NCBI GenBank assembly: GCA_030390025.1
Contig: CM059431.1
Coordinates: forward strand, 128,838,001 to 128,902,000
Reading direction: 5' to 3'
Length of the DNA: 64,000 nucleotides
Origin: Squalus acanthias
Taxonomy: Eukaryota
Below are positions 63,589-64,000 of this stretch, piece by piece; position 1 is the stretch's first letter, and each line of letters begins with the position of its first letter. Position numbers and translations under genes: made by a program. The notes under the pieces were generated by a model. The model did not search any database and was not told where the DNA came from. It was given only the letters and a program-made list of their open reading frames with translations.

Positions 63589-64000
63589 GCTGGATTTGTT
63601 TTCATTAGAGCAAAGGAGGTTCAGGGGTGATTTGATAGAGGTGTACAAGATTATGATGGTTTGGATAGGCTAGACGGGGAAAGCCTGTTCCCACTAGTTG
63701 ATGGTACAAGGACTAGGGGACACAGATTTAAGGTTTTGGGCAAGAGATACAGGGGGAATGTGAGCAAGAACTTTTTTACGCAGCAAGTGGTGATGACCTG
63801 GAATTCGCTGCCGATGGAAGTGGTGGAAGCGGAGACACTCAATGTTTTCAAGGGGAGACTGGATAGGCACTTGAGGGAAATAAACTTGCAGGGCTACGGG
63901 GATAGAGCAGGGGAATGGGACTGACTGGGTTGTTCTACAGAGAGCCGGCACGGATTCAGTGGGCCGAATGGCCTCCTTCTGTGCCGTTATGACTCTATGG
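63589..64000 (+). mobile_element. CR1 3' fragment (ATGACTCT-tail subfamily)
   Basis: FSLEQRRFRGDLIEV..; ends TATGACTCTATG. Confidence 0.92.

Overview
Repeat-dense eukaryotic DNA, most likely from a cartilaginous fish (inferred from HE1-like V-SINEs, Deu-domain SINEs and abundant CR1 and Penelope elements). It is probably intronic. Nearly every listed ORF is transposon-derived or spurious. Main contents: (1) a decayed Gypsy LTR element (~4775-19915) with a tRNA-Ala-type PBS and two protease-like domains, carrying at least eight nested insertions; (2) two Penelope-like families with minimal type I hammerhead ribozymes, including an inverted RT/GIY-YIG copy, a solo terminal repeat, and a foldback insertion whose symmetry axis is the predicted ribozyme cleavage site; (3) a diverse PIF/Harbinger set: one disrupted two-gene element (spliced Myb/SANT gene plus HARBI1-type DDE transposase), a Myb-only element with an open 389-codon spliced frame, and many MITE derivatives with 3-bp TSDs, one holding a 1.7-kb G-rich minisatellite and one holding a run of adjacent hairpins; (4) CR1, Zenon-like CR1-group and L2 LINE fragments plus tRNA-derived SINEs; (5) one or two candidate exons of an unidentified minus-strand host gene. 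I found no clearly new biological system. The best leads are the ribozyme-centred Penelope structures, the hairpin-array MITE and the Myb-only Harbinger. All calls are by eye; no searches were run.
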